From NCBI GenBank assembly GCA_035527515.1, contig DATLAJ010000057.1, positions 858 to 64,857 of the forward strand: 64,000 bases of DNA, read 5' to 3'. Position numbers and translations under genes: made by a program. Shown piece after piece: positions 24,619 through 34,589 of the stretch. The notes beneath the pieces were generated by a model. It was not told the DNA's origin. It made no database searches and was given only the letters and a program-made list of their open reading frames with translations. Position 1 is the first letter of the stretch; the number at the start of each line of letters is the position of its first letter. The DNA comes from a bacterium (GTDB lineage: Bacteria; B130-G9).

Positions 24619-27387
24619 TTGTCATCTTTCAGCGGGGGCCCACGCCGAAACAACCGACCTAGTGCGGTCAGGTCGGCGCTCGGGCCTATGCTGTTCCTGC
24701 TGGCGTTCTTCACCTATCTGAAGACCCTCTGCCCCACTATCTATGTCGGCGACAGCGGGGAGCTCGTCACGGCCGCAAGCTGCCTGGGCATACCTCATCC
24801 GCCGGGCTACCCGATCTTCGTTATCTTGATCAGGCTCACAAGCATTGTCTTCCCGTTTGGCTCGCTCGCCGAACGGTGTGCCCTCGCCTCGGCGCTGTTC
24901 GGGGCGGCGAGTGTGTTCGTTCTCTTCAGAATCTGCCTTTGCGTATCCGAAAGCGATCGCCGTAATAACCCGCCGCCACGCTTCGCTGTCCTGGGCTCGA
25001 CGATAGCTGCCGTTGCCTTCACATTCTCCCTCACTTTCTGGTCGCAGACAACGATCGCAGAGGTCTATGCGCTTACTCTTCTGATGATTCTCTTGATACT
25101 CTATCTCGTTGTGCTGTGGCAGCGTGAACCAGATGGAAAGAGGGACCACAGGTTGCTCCTTGCCGCTGCGTTCATAGGCGGCCTGGGGCTGTCGAGCCAC
25201 CACACAGTCGCCCTAATCCTCGCAGCGCTAGTCGTCTATGTAATATACAGATCCCCCCGACTGCTCCGAAACAGCGGCGTAGTCTTCGGCGCAACGGTGC
25301 TCGGCGTTCTCGGGGCATCGGCCTACCTCTATCTCGCGTTCCGCGCCTCGACCAACCCACCGCTCAACTGGGGCATGCCAGAGACGCTCTCGCGATTTTG
25401 GGACCATATCCTACGCCGCGAATACGGCAGTTCGAGTCACACTGAGCGAACGTTCGCCCTTGTCATCAAACAGCTGGGCTTCTACGCTTCCATGCTCGTC
25501 AGACAGTTCACGCCGCTGGGCGTCATCCTCTCGGCAATCGGGCTCGCAGCTGCGGTCCGACGCCGAAACAAGGCGCTGCTCATGCTTCTTGCGTGCTTCT
25601 TGCTCAGCAGCCTGTTCTTCATCCTATATACCAATTACAGGCTCATCCCCCGCGACAAGTCCCTAGTCGAGGTCTTCTTCATCCCATCCTTCGCCGTCGC
25701 CGCCATCTTCCTCGCCCTCGGCGCCTCATCCGTGCTGCGGAAGGTTTGTGACCTGATAAAGTCGCGCAGCATGTCCGCTGTTGCGGCCATCGCCTTAGCG
25801 GTCTTGGTGTGTGCGCTGCCGTTGTTTGCCAACTACTTCTACAACGACAAGAGCCGCAACTTCCTCACATACGACTACGGCGTCAACGTCATTAAATGCT
25901 TGCCAAGCGACGACGCCATCGTTTTCGTTGACCGGGACATGGAGGTCTTCACGCTGCTCTTTCTGAAGGATGTCGAGCGCACCTGTCCAAACATCGAAGT
26001 AATCGACCGCTCAGGCATCTTGAGGCGTGATTTTTACGTCAAGGACATGAGGCTGATGCCCGAAAAGCAGCGCCAGGTCGCTCAGTTGCAGGCGGAGCAT
26101 CGGCTGTTTGGGGAGGAGACGAGGCCTATATGCTACGTGCCGGGCGTCGATCTCGGCGGCATCAAGGAGTTCAAGCTCAAGCCGGTCGGCGTCGCAACGC
26201 TGCTCGTTCCGGCCAAAGATGCGGGCGAGTTCTCTGAACGTGAGCGAGATGTGCCCGATACTCTCGTCAGCAGGAGCCTCGAAGACCCCACCATCTTCAA
26301 GGACTACACGTCTCGGTGCGTGGCCATGGTTTGGCAGCTACAGCTCGGCGACTCTTACTACTGGCAGGGCGATCGCGACAAGGGGAAGAGGTTATGGAGC
26401 GATTCAAGCAGGACTGCGGGGGACATTATGATCCTGCACACAATGCTGGCGGAGAAGGCTGTTGGCTGCGGAGAGACACAAGTTGCAATAGAAGAGTACA
26501 AAAAGATCGCAGATATCAGGCCCCAAGACCAGCTCGTCCGCATGAACCTCGGCATGTTGCTCGAGCGCGAGGGGAGGCTTCGCGAGGCGCTCGACGCGTT
26601 TGACAGCGTGCGCCGGGCAGACCCCACGTTCCTGCCAGCCCTCAAAGCCTGCGTCAACATCGAGGTCAGGCTCAAAAACTTCAAGAAAGCGATAGGGACG
26701 GCGAACCAGATCGCAAAGCTAGCGCCTCGCGACCCGAACTCGCTTCGCAATCTTGGCATCGTGCACGAGCTTGCCGGCGAATACCAGGAGTCGCTCGCTG
26801 CGTATCGGCGTTCTGTGGCGGTGAGTCCCACGTTTGCTCTGGCCTACGCGGATATAGCGCTTCTTCAGGAGAAGATGGGGGATGAAGACGCGGCAAGAGA
26901 TGCGATGCGGCGTGCGCTTGCGCTCGATCCTGACCTTCCGACGAGGGATGCGCGGTTGAGTCAGAGCAGCTTGGCCGTGGAGCTGCTGGCAGAGGGCGAG
27001 GCGTCAGGGACGGAGGACCTTGAGAGCCTTTCGGCTGATCAGCTCCAGAGGAGGATGAGAGCCCTCGTCGCTGCCAAGCGTTATTCGCTGGCGATTGAGG
27101 TGTGCAAGCGCCTTGCACAGCTCAGGCCTAACAGCCCGCAACCGATGGTTGAGATGGGAATGCTGCTCGACCAGACTGGCAGGTTGCCGCAGGCCGAGGC
27201 GGCGTTCAAGAAGGCGCTTTCGATCGATCCTGATTCTGTCGAGGCGCACAATGCGCTTGGCGTCGTCTATGCTAAGCGCAAGCAATACAAAGATGCGCGG
27301 CGCGAGTGGGAGGCGGCGCTTAAGCTGAAGCCGGATTCCGCGGGCACGCTGAGCAATCTCAAGCAGCTCGAGCAGCTCGGGTATTAA
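24619..27387 (+). CDS. DUF2723-type polytopic membrane protein (putative glycosyltransferase, PMT/ArnT-like) with C-terminal TPR repeats.
   Basis: The N-terminus TIYVGDSGELVTAASCLGIPHPPGYPIF is typical of the DUF2723 family. There are about 11 TM segments. The C-terminal 350 aa contain multiple TPR-like units (AxxxLGxxYxxxGxYxEA). Confidence 0.55.
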   Translation: MSSFSGGPRRNNRPSAVRSALGPMLFLLAFFTYLKTLCPTIYVGDSGELVTAASCLGIPHPPGYPIFVILIRLTSIVFPFGSLAERCALASALFGAASVFVLFRICLCVSESDRRNNPPPRFAVLGSTIAAVAFTFSLTFWSQTTIAEVYALTLLMILLILYLVVLWQREPDGKRDHRLLLAAAFIGGLGLSSHHTVALILAALVVYVIYRSPRLLRNSGVVFGATVLGVLGASAYLYLAFRASTNPPLNWGMPETLSRFWDHILRREYGSSSHTERTFALVIKQLGFYASMLVRQFTPLGVILSAIGLAAAVRRRNKALLMLLACFLLSSLFFILYTNYRLIPRDKSLVEVFFIPSFAVAAIFLALGASSVLRKVCDLIKSRSMSAVAAIALAVLVCALPLFANYFYNDKSRNFLTYDYGVNVIKCLPSDDAIVFVDRDMEVFTLLFLKDVERTCPNIEVIDRSGILRRDFYVKDMRLMPEKQRQVAQLQAEHRLFGEETRPICYVPGVDLGGIKEFKLKPVGVATLLVPAKDAGEFSERERDVPDTLVSRSLEDPTIFKDYTSRCVAMVWQLQLGDSYYWQGDRDKGKRLWSDSSRTAGDIMILHTMLAEKAVGCGETQVAIEEYKKIADIRPQDQLVRMNLGMLLEREGRLREALDAFDSVRRADPTFLPALKACVNIEVRLKNFKKAIGTANQIAKLAPRDPNSLRNLGIVHELAGEYQESLAAYRRSVAVSPTFALAYADIALLQEKMGDEDAARDAMRRALALDPDLPTRDARLSQSSLAVELLAEGEASGTEDLESLSADQLQRRMRALVAAKRYSLAIEVCKRLAQLRPNSPQPMVEMGMLLDQTGRLPQAEAAFKKALSIDPDSVEAHNALGVVYAKRKQYKDARREWEAALKLKPDSAGTLSNLKQLEQLGY

Positions 27388-27468
27388 GGCCCAAATCGCG
27401 CAGCCCCGGCGGACGAATGTTGCAGGCAATTACGGCAGCTGGGGCCGAGCACAGAGAAATCTCCCCGC

Positions 27469-27903
27469 TCACTCAATAAATAGGTTGACGCGGGTCTTGC
27501 CCTTCTCGTCCTCGATCTCGATGATGTTCTCGTCCTCGAGGTCATCCAGATGCGCCACGAGCGCCTCAATGTCTATGTCGAGTCCCTCGATCTTGGTCTT
27601 GCCCGCCTTGGAAAGGAACTTCCCACCGAGTTTGGCCAGCGACAGCGGAAGCTTGATGTTCACCTTGGGCTTCTCCTGGTCGCCCTCAAAGACCTGTATC
27701 CGTAGCTTCTTGCCCTTGAGCGATTTTTTGTCTTTAACCTTGACGGCTCCAGCGGAACTTGTGCCCGTCGTGAAGTGAACCGCGCCGCCTCCAACGGATT
27801 TCAGCAGCCCAGCCGCATCGTCCGCAGATATCTTGCCGTCCTCGACCATCTTCAGGATGCGCATGCGCTCCTCGTGAACGGAATCCTGGTTCTCAATTGC
27901 CAT
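27469..27903 (-). CDS. Hypothetical acidic 144-aa protein with an N-terminal SHOCT-like motif ILKMVEDGKISADDAAGLL.
   Basis: The ORF has good coding appearance and lies between the membrane protein and gatB. I could assign no confident family. Confidence 0.35.
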   Translation of the reverse strand: MAIENQDSVHEERMRILKMVEDGKISADDAAGLLKSVGGGAVHFTTGTSSAGAVKVKDKKSLKGKKLRIQVFEGDQEKPKVNIKLPLSLAKLGGKFLSKAGKTKIEGLDIDIEALVAHLDDLEDENIIEIEDEKGKTRVNLFIE

Positions 27904-27915
27904 CTTTCTCTCCCT

Positions 27916-29412
27916 CTATTTGTTATTCTCCACAATTACTTCTCTAACGAGGCGATTGATAGTCTCGGGATCAGCCTGCCCCTTGGTGCGCTTCATCACC
28001 TGCCCAACGAAGAACCCGAGCACGTTGAGCTTGCCCTTCTTTATCTTCGCAAGGAGGTCCGGCCTTGAATCGGCGACCTCGCGGATTATGTCGCAGATGA
28101 GGCCCTCGTCCGAAACCGTTGACAGATTCTGTTCGGTGACGATCGTCTTGGGAGCTTTGCCCGTCTCGAGGACCTGCTCGAAGACATCCTTCGCGATCTT
28201 GCCGCTGATCTTGCCGTCCTTAACCAGGGCGAGAAGCTCGGCCAGATGTTCGGGCGATACTGGGCACTCATTGATGCTGATGTTGCGCTCTTTGACGACC
28301 CGGAGAACTGATCCCATGACCCAATTGCTGACCGCTTTGCCGTCGCCGTGAAGCGAGGCGGCTTTCTCGAAGTAGTCCGCGACCTCCTGGCTGGCCGTGA
28401 GGACAGAGGCGTCGTAGTCGGAAATGCCATACTGCTCGATCAGTCGCCGGCGCTTTGCATCCGGGAGCTCCGGCAGCGTCCGCCCTATCTCCGCTGTCCA
28501 CTCGTCGTTCGCGTCGAGAAAGACCAGGTCAGGCTCCGGGAAATACCTGTAGTCGTGTGACTCCTCCTTGCTCCTCATCAGGAAAGTCCTGCCTGAGGCG
28601 GCATTGAACCCATAGGTCGCCTGCTCGACTGCCCCACCGGCCTCGATGACGTCCTGGTGCCGCATCATCTCGTATTCAAGCGCGCGCTTGGCGAACCTGA
28701 ACGAGTTGAGGTTCTTGATCTCGCATCTGGTCCCCAGGCTGCCGTCCTCGTTGCGAAGTGATATGTTCGCATCGCACCTGAGGCTGCCCTCCTCCATGTT
28801 GCAGTCGCTCACGCCGCAGTATCGCATGATCGTCCTGAGTTTCAGCAGGTATTGTCGGGCCTCCTCTGGGCTTTCGAGGTCTGGCTCGCTCACTACCTCA
28901 ATGAGAGGCACGCCGCAGCGGTTGAAATCGATCAGGCTTGTCCCCTCGAGGTTGACCTGCTCGTTATGCAGCGACTTGCCAGAGTCCTCCTCGAGGTGGA
29001 GGCGGTTTATGCGGATGCGTTTCTGCCTGACGTTTCCCGCCTCGTCCTGAACATCGATGCTTATGTAGCCGTCTGTCGCGAGCGGCAGCTCGAACTGCGT
29101 GATCTGAAAGCCTTTCGGGAGATCAGGATAGAAATAGTTCTTGCGGGCAAACTGGCTCCGTGGACTTATCTTGCAGTTGAGGGCGAGGGCCGCCTTGATC
29201 GCCAGCTCAACTGCCCTTTTGTTGAGAACGGGAAGCACGCCCGGCAGACCCAGGCAAACCGGACAGGTGTTGGAGTTTGGCTTGGCGCCGAACTGGGTGC
29301 TGCACGAGCAGAATATCTTGCTCGCGGTTTTGAGCTGGACATGAACCTCGATACCGACGACGGGTTTGGGTTTCATGGCAATAGATTCTATGGTGCGGGG
29401 CTTAAAGTTCAA
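27916..29412 (-). CDS. gatB: Aspartyl/glutamyl-tRNA(Asn/Gln) amidotransferase subunit B.
   Basis: The N-terminus VVGIEVHVQLKTASKIFCSCSTQFGAKPNSNTCPVCLGLPGVLPVLN and the C-terminal GatB/YqeY domain are present. The true start may be the internal MKPKP at ~29376. Confidence 0.85.
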   Translation of the reverse strand: MNFKPRTIESIAMKPKPVVGIEVHVQLKTASKIFCSCSTQFGAKPNSNTCPVCLGLPGVLPVLNKRAVELAIKAALALNCKISPRSQFARKNYFYPDLPKGFQITQFELPLATDGYISIDVQDEAGNVRQKRIRINRLHLEEDSGKSLHNEQVNLEGTSLIDFNRCGVPLIEVVSEPDLESPEEARQYLLKLRTIMRYCGVSDCNMEEGSLRCDANISLRNEDGSLGTRCEIKNLNSFRFAKRALEYEMMRHQDVIEAGGAVEQATYGFNAASGRTFLMRSKEESHDYRYFPEPDLVFLDANDEWTAEIGRTLPELPDAKRRRLIEQYGISDYDASVLTASQEVADYFEKAASLHGDGKAVSNWVMGSVLRVVKERNISINECPVSPEHLAELLALVKDGKISGKIAKDVFEQVLETGKAPKTIVTEQNLSTVSDEGLICDIIREVADSRPDLLAKIKKGKLNVLGFFVGQVMKRTKGQADPETINRLVREVIVENNK

Positions 29413-29484
29413 GGTCTCCCGCAGCCCCCGAAATGAGATTGACTGTTATCGGTCTAGAACGTTGATTACCAGGGACAACACAGA

Positions 29485-31953
29485 TCAGCGCCGGCGCGTC
29501 GATAAAACTGGCTTTATATGCCAGATATCCTGCGCGTACTCCCGGATGGAGCGGTCGCTCGAGAACTTGCCCATCCGGGCCACGTTCAGTATCGCCTTCT
29601 TCGTCCAAGTGGCGACATCAGCGAACGTTTCCGAGGCACGGCGCTGCGCCTCGAGATAGGACGGGAAGTCGGCGAGGTGGTAGTATCTGTCGTTGTGGTC
29701 AAGAAGGTTGTGAAATACCCACCTAAACAGGCCGGGTTCGTTGGCCGAGAACATGTCACCGTTGATCGAATCCAACACTCTCTTGACATCCGGATTCGTC
29801 TGGTAGTGCTCCCGCGGGTTATATGACCTTTCCCGGTCTAGCCTCTGAACGTCAGCGATTTTCAGGCCAAAAATGAAGATGTTGTCCTCTCCAACCTCCT
29901 CCCGAATCTCTATGTTCGCTCCGTCCAGCGTGCCGATGGTCAGCGCCCCGTTCAGCGCGAACTTCATGTTCCCTGTGCCCGAGGCCTCCATGCCGGCGGT
30001 AGATATCTGCTCGCTCAGGTCGGTCGCTGGCACGATCACCTCAGCGAGCGAGACGCGGTAGTCAGGGACGAAGGCGACTTTTAGAAGGCCATCTACCCTC
30101 GGGTCATTGTTGATGACGCGCGCCACGTTGTTTATGAGCTTGATGATCATCTTGGCAACCCAGTATCCGGGCGCGGCCTTGCCGGCGAAAACGAACGTGC
30201 GAGGGACGGCGGGGACCTTTCGGTCTTCCACGAGGATCAAATACTCGCGAATAATATGCAGGACATTCAGTAGCTGGCGCTTGTATTCGTGAATCCGCTT
30301 TGCCTGCACGTCGAACAGGGAGTTCGCGTTCACCACGACAGAGGTAGTGTCCTTGATCACCTTCGCTAGCCTCTCCTTGTTGGCAAGCTTGACTCGTCGG
30401 AATCGCTCCTGAAACCCCGCGTCGTCTGCGCAGGGCTCGAGCCTGGCTAGCTGGTCGAGGTCCTTGATCCAATCATCGCCAATCCGCTCCGTGATCAGGT
30501 CTGCCAGCCCGGGGTTCGCAAGTTTCAGCCACCGACGAGGCGTTATTCCGTTGGTCTTGTTGTTGAACTTCTCTGGCCATATCTCGTAGAAGTCGGGGAA
30601 GAGAACTGTCCTGACGAGTCCCGAATGAAGGGCGGAGACGCCATTGACGGAATGGCTTCCGATTGTGGCGAGATGCGCCATTCGAACCTGCTTTTGCTCG
30701 CCCTCCTCGACAATCGATGTTCGGCGGAGTTTGTCCACATCGCCGGGGTAGAGTGTGGCGATGTCATCCAGGAAACAGCGGTTTATCTCATAGATGATCT
30801 GTAGGTGGCGTGGCAGAACTCGTTCGAACAACGCGACAGGCCACCTCTCGAGCGCCTCTGGCAGCAGAGTGTGGTTTGTGTAGGCCATTGTCCTGCAAGT
30901 GACGTCCCACGCGCTTTCCCATGGCACCGATTTCTCGTCAACAAGTATCCGCATAAGCTCCGCAACTGCCAACGCAGGGTGCGTGTCGTTAAGCTGGATG
31001 GCGACCTTTTCGGGGAACATCTCGAAGGATGCGTGTGCGATCTCGTATCTCCTGACGATGTCCCTGACCGCGCACGCTACAAGGAAATACTCCTGTATGA
31101 GTCGCAATTCGCGGCCCTCGGCCTTGGCATCTGAGGGATACAGAACTTTCGACACGGTCTCGGAGCCGATCTTCTGCTCGACCGCCTTGAAGTAGTCCCC
31201 ATCGTTGAATATCTCCATGTCGAACTCCTGAGAGGCGCGGGCGGAGTAAAGCCTGAGGCAGTTGACAGTTTCACCTCCGTAACCGGCTATTGGCATGTCG
31301 TAGGGCACGCCGATGATGAGCTGCCAATCCAGCCACATCGGGTTGTCGGCGCCATCTTTGGCCCGATAGTTCTCGACCCGGCCGTAGATTGGCACGGGGC
31401 AGGCCTTGCCGTATCGCTCGAGCTCCCACGGCGTCTTGTAGGCAAGCCAGCTGTCTGGCTTCTCCTTCTGATACCCGTCGGCTATCTCCTGCCTGAACAG
31501 CCCATATTCATAGTTGATACCATAGCCGTAGCCCGGTAAGTCGAGCGTCGCCAGAGAATCAAGAAAACAAGCCGCCAGCCGGCCGAGCCCGCCATTGCCG
31601 AGCGCAGCGTCGAACTCACTGTTCTCAACCGCTAGAGGGTCTGCGCCGAGCTTGAGAATGACATCTTGGCAGATGTCGGAGAGACCCAGATTGCAGAGGT
31701 TATTGCCAAGTGAGCGGCCCATGAGGAACTCGGCGGAAAGGTAGTGCACCCTTTTGGCGTCGGCCTTACTGTGGCGTAGTCTGGTCTTGAGCATCCTATC
31801 GACGAGCAGGTCCCTGACGGCAAGAGAGACGGCCCAAAAAAAGTCTTTTGCTCGTGCCTCCTTGAGAGCCTTGCCCAGAGAAAACTTGATATGCTGTCGA
31901 ACTGACCGCTCAAACGCCGCAGCTGATACTTCACTTCTCACGTCCGTTATCAT
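29485..31953 (-). CDS. glgP: Glycogen/alpha-glucan phosphorylase.
   Basis: The PLP-site region EASGTGNMKFALNGALTIGTLDGANIEI is present. The protein is 822 aa with typical family motifs throughout. Confidence 0.85.
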   Translation of the reverse strand: MITDVRSEVSAAAFERSVRQHIKFSLGKALKEARAKDFFWAVSLAVRDLLVDRMLKTRLRHSKADAKRVHYLSAEFLMGRSLGNNLCNLGLSDICQDVILKLGADPLAVENSEFDAALGNGGLGRLAACFLDSLATLDLPGYGYGINYEYGLFRQEIADGYQKEKPDSWLAYKTPWELERYGKACPVPIYGRVENYRAKDGADNPMWLDWQLIIGVPYDMPIAGYGGETVNCLRLYSARASQEFDMEIFNDGDYFKAVEQKIGSETVSKVLYPSDAKAEGRELRLIQEYFLVACAVRDIVRRYEIAHASFEMFPEKVAIQLNDTHPALAVAELMRILVDEKSVPWESAWDVTCRTMAYTNHTLLPEALERWPVALFERVLPRHLQIIYEINRCFLDDIATLYPGDVDKLRRTSIVEEGEQKQVRMAHLATIGSHSVNGVSALHSGLVRTVLFPDFYEIWPEKFNNKTNGITPRRWLKLANPGLADLITERIGDDWIKDLDQLARLEPCADDAGFQERFRRVKLANKERLAKVIKDTTSVVVNANSLFDVQAKRIHEYKRQLLNVLHIIREYLILVEDRKVPAVPRTFVFAGKAAPGYWVAKMIIKLINNVARVINNDPRVDGLLKVAFVPDYRVSLAEVIVPATDLSEQISTAGMEASGTGNMKFALNGALTIGTLDGANIEIREEVGEDNIFIFGLKIADVQRLDRERSYNPREHYQTNPDVKRVLDSINGDMFSANEPGLFRWVFHNLLDHNDRYYHLADFPSYLEAQRRASETFADVATWTKKAILNVARMGKFSSDRSIREYAQDIWHIKPVLSTRRR

Positions 31954-32044
31954 CTCCGCTCATTGTATGACTAACAAGCCGCATTCACTACAGACCACCT
32001 GTATGCGCTGTCGGCGCCCATTGCCGCTCGTCAGTCAAGCAGCC

Positions 32045-32896
32045 CTATTCGAAGGCCTTGACCGCCTCGTCAACAGTTTCGAAAGACTCGCAGATTCTGT
32101 GCATTCTGACTACCTCAAACAGGGCGCGGACCGCCTTGGTCATCCCTGCTATCTTCAGGTCGCCTCCTCTCGCGTTCAATATCCTCAAACAGGAAAGAAA
32201 AGCGCCCAGCCCAGAACTATCGACAAAATCGAGGTTCCCGATGTCTAGAACAACTTGGCCGCTCTCGTTCAGGATTGGCAAGATATCCCGCTTGAACTCT
32301 TCAACATTACTCGCCTCCAGAGAGCGTCCTGGCAGCTTTACAACAGAAACATCTCCGACCTTCTCAACCTTCAGTTCCATTACTATTGCTCCTTGGCTGA
32401 ATTTCCTGCGATTCTGTTTTTTCTGACCGTCGTTCCTATATTTAGCCAGAACAATGCAGTTCCGACCATCCTTTCCCCGCAAATACATCACCTTATCTAC
32501 GCTGTGTTCGATGATGTAAAGCCCGTAACCGCCCTCACGACCCTTGTCCAACATCGGCAACTGCTGGGGCTCGGGGTGAAACTCGACGCCCCAGTGATAT
32601 AACTTCATCACAACCCGATCAGCATAGGTGTCAGCTGATATCTCAATGCGCCCATCGGTGCGCCCATTATACGCATGCCTGATGATATTGCTCGTGGTCT
32701 CAGTCAAAGCTAGTTCAAGCAAGTTGGTAGCTTCCTCATCGAGCACAGAGGCATCACAGACGTGTCGGACGAAGTCGCGGACCGCGGCCAGCTCAGCAAG
32801 GTCGCTGGTTACTTTTTTCTCTGCATGAGATAAGAGCTCAGGTTCCTGTCGGTTCTGACTGCTGACAGCGTTTGACATCTTGCCCAAACGTTTCAA
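32045..32896 (-). CDS. Fusion protein. The N-terminal part is an anti-sigma-factor serine kinase (RsbW/SpoIIAB-like HATPase_c). The C-terminal part is a STAS anti-sigma-factor antagonist domain (RsbV/SpoIIAA-like).
   Basis: The N-box is TTSNIIRHAY and the G-box is GGYGLYII. These are followed in the same ORF, with no stop, by MELKVEKVGDVSVVKL...LDFVDSSGLGAFL (STAS with the conserved DSSG phospho-Ser motif). Confidence 0.6.
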   Translation of the reverse strand: MKRLGKMSNAVSSQNRQEPELLSHAEKKVTSDLAELAAVRDFVRHVCDASVLDEEATNLLELALTETTSNIIRHAYNGRTDGRIEISADTYADRVVMKLYHWGVEFHPEPQQLPMLDKGREGGYGLYIIEHSVDKVMYLRGKDGRNCIVLAKYRNDGQKKQNRRKFSQGAIVMELKVEKVGDVSVVKLPGRSLEASNVEEFKRDILPILNESGQVVLDIGNLDFVDSSGLGAFLSCLRILNARGGDLKIAGMTKAVRALFEVVRMHRICESFETVDEAVKAFE

Positions 32897-32972
32897 CTCT
32901 TAATGCCTTCCCTTACCTTGTGAGACCAGTGCAAAAAACAGCAAGCCCTAAAAACCGCTACCCGCCAAGAGT

Positions 32973-34292
32973 TCAAGACTCATTATCAATCTTATCAAAC
33001 GGCGTTTCCGAGTCAACGCTTATATCTCGATCGCTTCCAGCGTCTCTCATACGCCGGTTAATGAACTCATTGGCAGCATCAAGCCAGTGCGCCAGCATAT
33101 TGCATAGATCAACAAAACCCGCGCAGCGCCGGGCGGCCTTAAGGGCGTTTGCGAGCGCGCGTGGGACATAGCGCACGAGTTCAGACTCGCCTCGCTGCCC
33201 AACCAAGGATACATAGGTGCCTGCCGCCTTGAGGCATCTTTGGACCGCGCACACACAAAGCGCCCTGCTCAAGCCAAGCCGGCGCAGAGTGTTACGAGGC
33301 CTTGCCGGCAGTAGCGAGAAATAATGGTCAAAGAGCTCCTGTTGATCGTCACGCTCAAGCGGCACGTAAGGGTCAAAGATGAGCGAGGCAATGTCGTAGA
33401 GAATCGGGCCTAGCCGCGCATCCTGAAAATCGATCACATGAGGCCTGGCGTTTCTAATCATGAGGTTGCGCGAGTGGTAGTCGCGGTGCGTAAAGACCAG
33501 TTCCTGGCTCATCATCTCCCTGCATATCGCCTGGAAGTCTCTCTCGATGATGCTTCTTTCCGACCGGCTTAACTTTCTCCGTAGCACGATGTGCGAGAAT
33601 GAGTCTAAGAAGCTGTTCAACTCCCATAAGAATCGATCGGCTGAGAATGAGTAGCTGTAGGCCGTGCAGTCTCGGGGGACTTCCGGGGGCGGAAACTGCA
33701 TGTAAACGAGATATTCGATAGCGGTTCGGTAGATGTCCTTGACGTTCTCCGTGCCGGCCTGGCCGATCAGATCGAAAAGCCTCGTATCCCCCAGGTCCTC
33801 TATGACAAGAAAGCCCAGGTGGTGGATGGCGAGATACATTTTCGGCACTGGCACACCACAGTTTTCGATGTAGCGCCCAACATCCACGATGATGCGGCTT
33901 GCTCTAGCCGAGCCATTGCCCGGCAGCAACATTGCGATTAGGGAGCATTCCTGAGGCCTGTCCAGGCCGCCGAAATCCTGGCCCAGTTCTGCGGCTTCGG
34001 AGCAGCTTTGGAGAAACCGTTGAGCCTTCTCCGTATCGGCAAACTCTAACCTGAAGAACTGTCTGGTCGAGACATCGCCTCTTAGTTTGGTGAGGACAAG
34101 GCCTGCGGTAGCGTCAGCAACCTGCTCGATGTGGGGTGGAAACGTTGAGTGCTTCGACATCACCGTTGGACAGGCACAAGAGAATACTTGTCTTGTCCAC
34201 AGAGGAGCTGCCGTAGGCACAAGAACATGGCGGCGCTTGAGGTCACCCCGTGACCCTGGGCGCCGCCAGCATCCACATCCTCGGTTGCGCAA
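32973..34292 (-). CDS. Phosphotransferase enzyme family (APH/ChoK-like kinase fold) protein.
   Basis: It carries the Brenner/catalytic motifs FTHRDYHSRNLMI and VIDFQDARLGPILYDIASL. The protein is 439 aa with an unassigned N-terminal ~120 aa. Confidence 0.55.
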   Translation of the reverse strand: MRNRGCGCWRRPGSRGDLKRRHVLVPTAAPLWTRQVFSCACPTVMSKHSTFPPHIEQVADATAGLVLTKLRGDVSTRQFFRLEFADTEKAQRFLQSCSEAAELGQDFGGLDRPQECSLIAMLLPGNGSARASRIIVDVGRYIENCGVPVPKMYLAIHHLGFLVIEDLGDTRLFDLIGQAGTENVKDIYRTAIEYLVYMQFPPPEVPRDCTAYSYSFSADRFLWELNSFLDSFSHIVLRRKLSRSERSIIERDFQAICREMMSQELVFTHRDYHSRNLMIRNARPHVIDFQDARLGPILYDIASLIFDPYVPLERDDQQELFDHYFSLLPARPRNTLRRLGLSRALCVCAVQRCLKAAGTYVSLVGQRGESELVRYVPRALANALKAARRCAGFVDLCNMLAHWLDAANEFINRRMRDAGSDRDISVDSETPFDKIDNES

Positions 34293-34316
34293 ATCCGCAC
34301 AAGATATGACCTGCTC

Positions 34317-34589
34317 TTAGGTAAGAGCCTCCTGCAGCTTTGAGCCTGCTTTGAACTTAGCCTTCTTCGAAGCTGGAATGGTCATTGGTTTCTTGGTGTT
34401 GGGATTGAAACCTTTGCGAGCCTTCTGCTTCTTGACCATGAAGGTGCCAAATCCAATGAAAGTCACCTTATCGTTGCCTTTGAGCGTGTCAATGATTCCG
34501 TCTAGCAAAGCGGTCAACGCGGCATCTGCCTGTCCCTTGGTAATGTTCGCCTTGGCTGCCATGTGGTTAACAGCGTCCTTACGATTCAT
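34317..34589 (-). CDS. hup: HU family nucleoid-associated DNA-binding protein.
   Basis: It carries the characteristic HU arm motifs MNRKDAVNHMAAKANITKGQADAALTALLDGIIDTLKGNDKVTFIGFGTFMVKKQKARKGFNPNTKKPMTIPASKKAKFKAGSKL. I chose the internal Met as the start; the ORF is open to 34610. Confidence 0.8.
   Translation of the reverse strand: MNRKDAVNHMAAKANITKGQADAALTALLDGIIDTLKGNDKVTFIGFGTFMVKKQKARKGFNPNTKKPMTIPASKKAKFKAGSKLQEALT

Noticed and set aside
27469-27903. Assigning the 144-aa acidic protein to the SHOCT or LiaF-like families.
   Set aside because: Only a short KISADDAAGLL motif matches. That is too little to name a family, so it is left as hypothetical.
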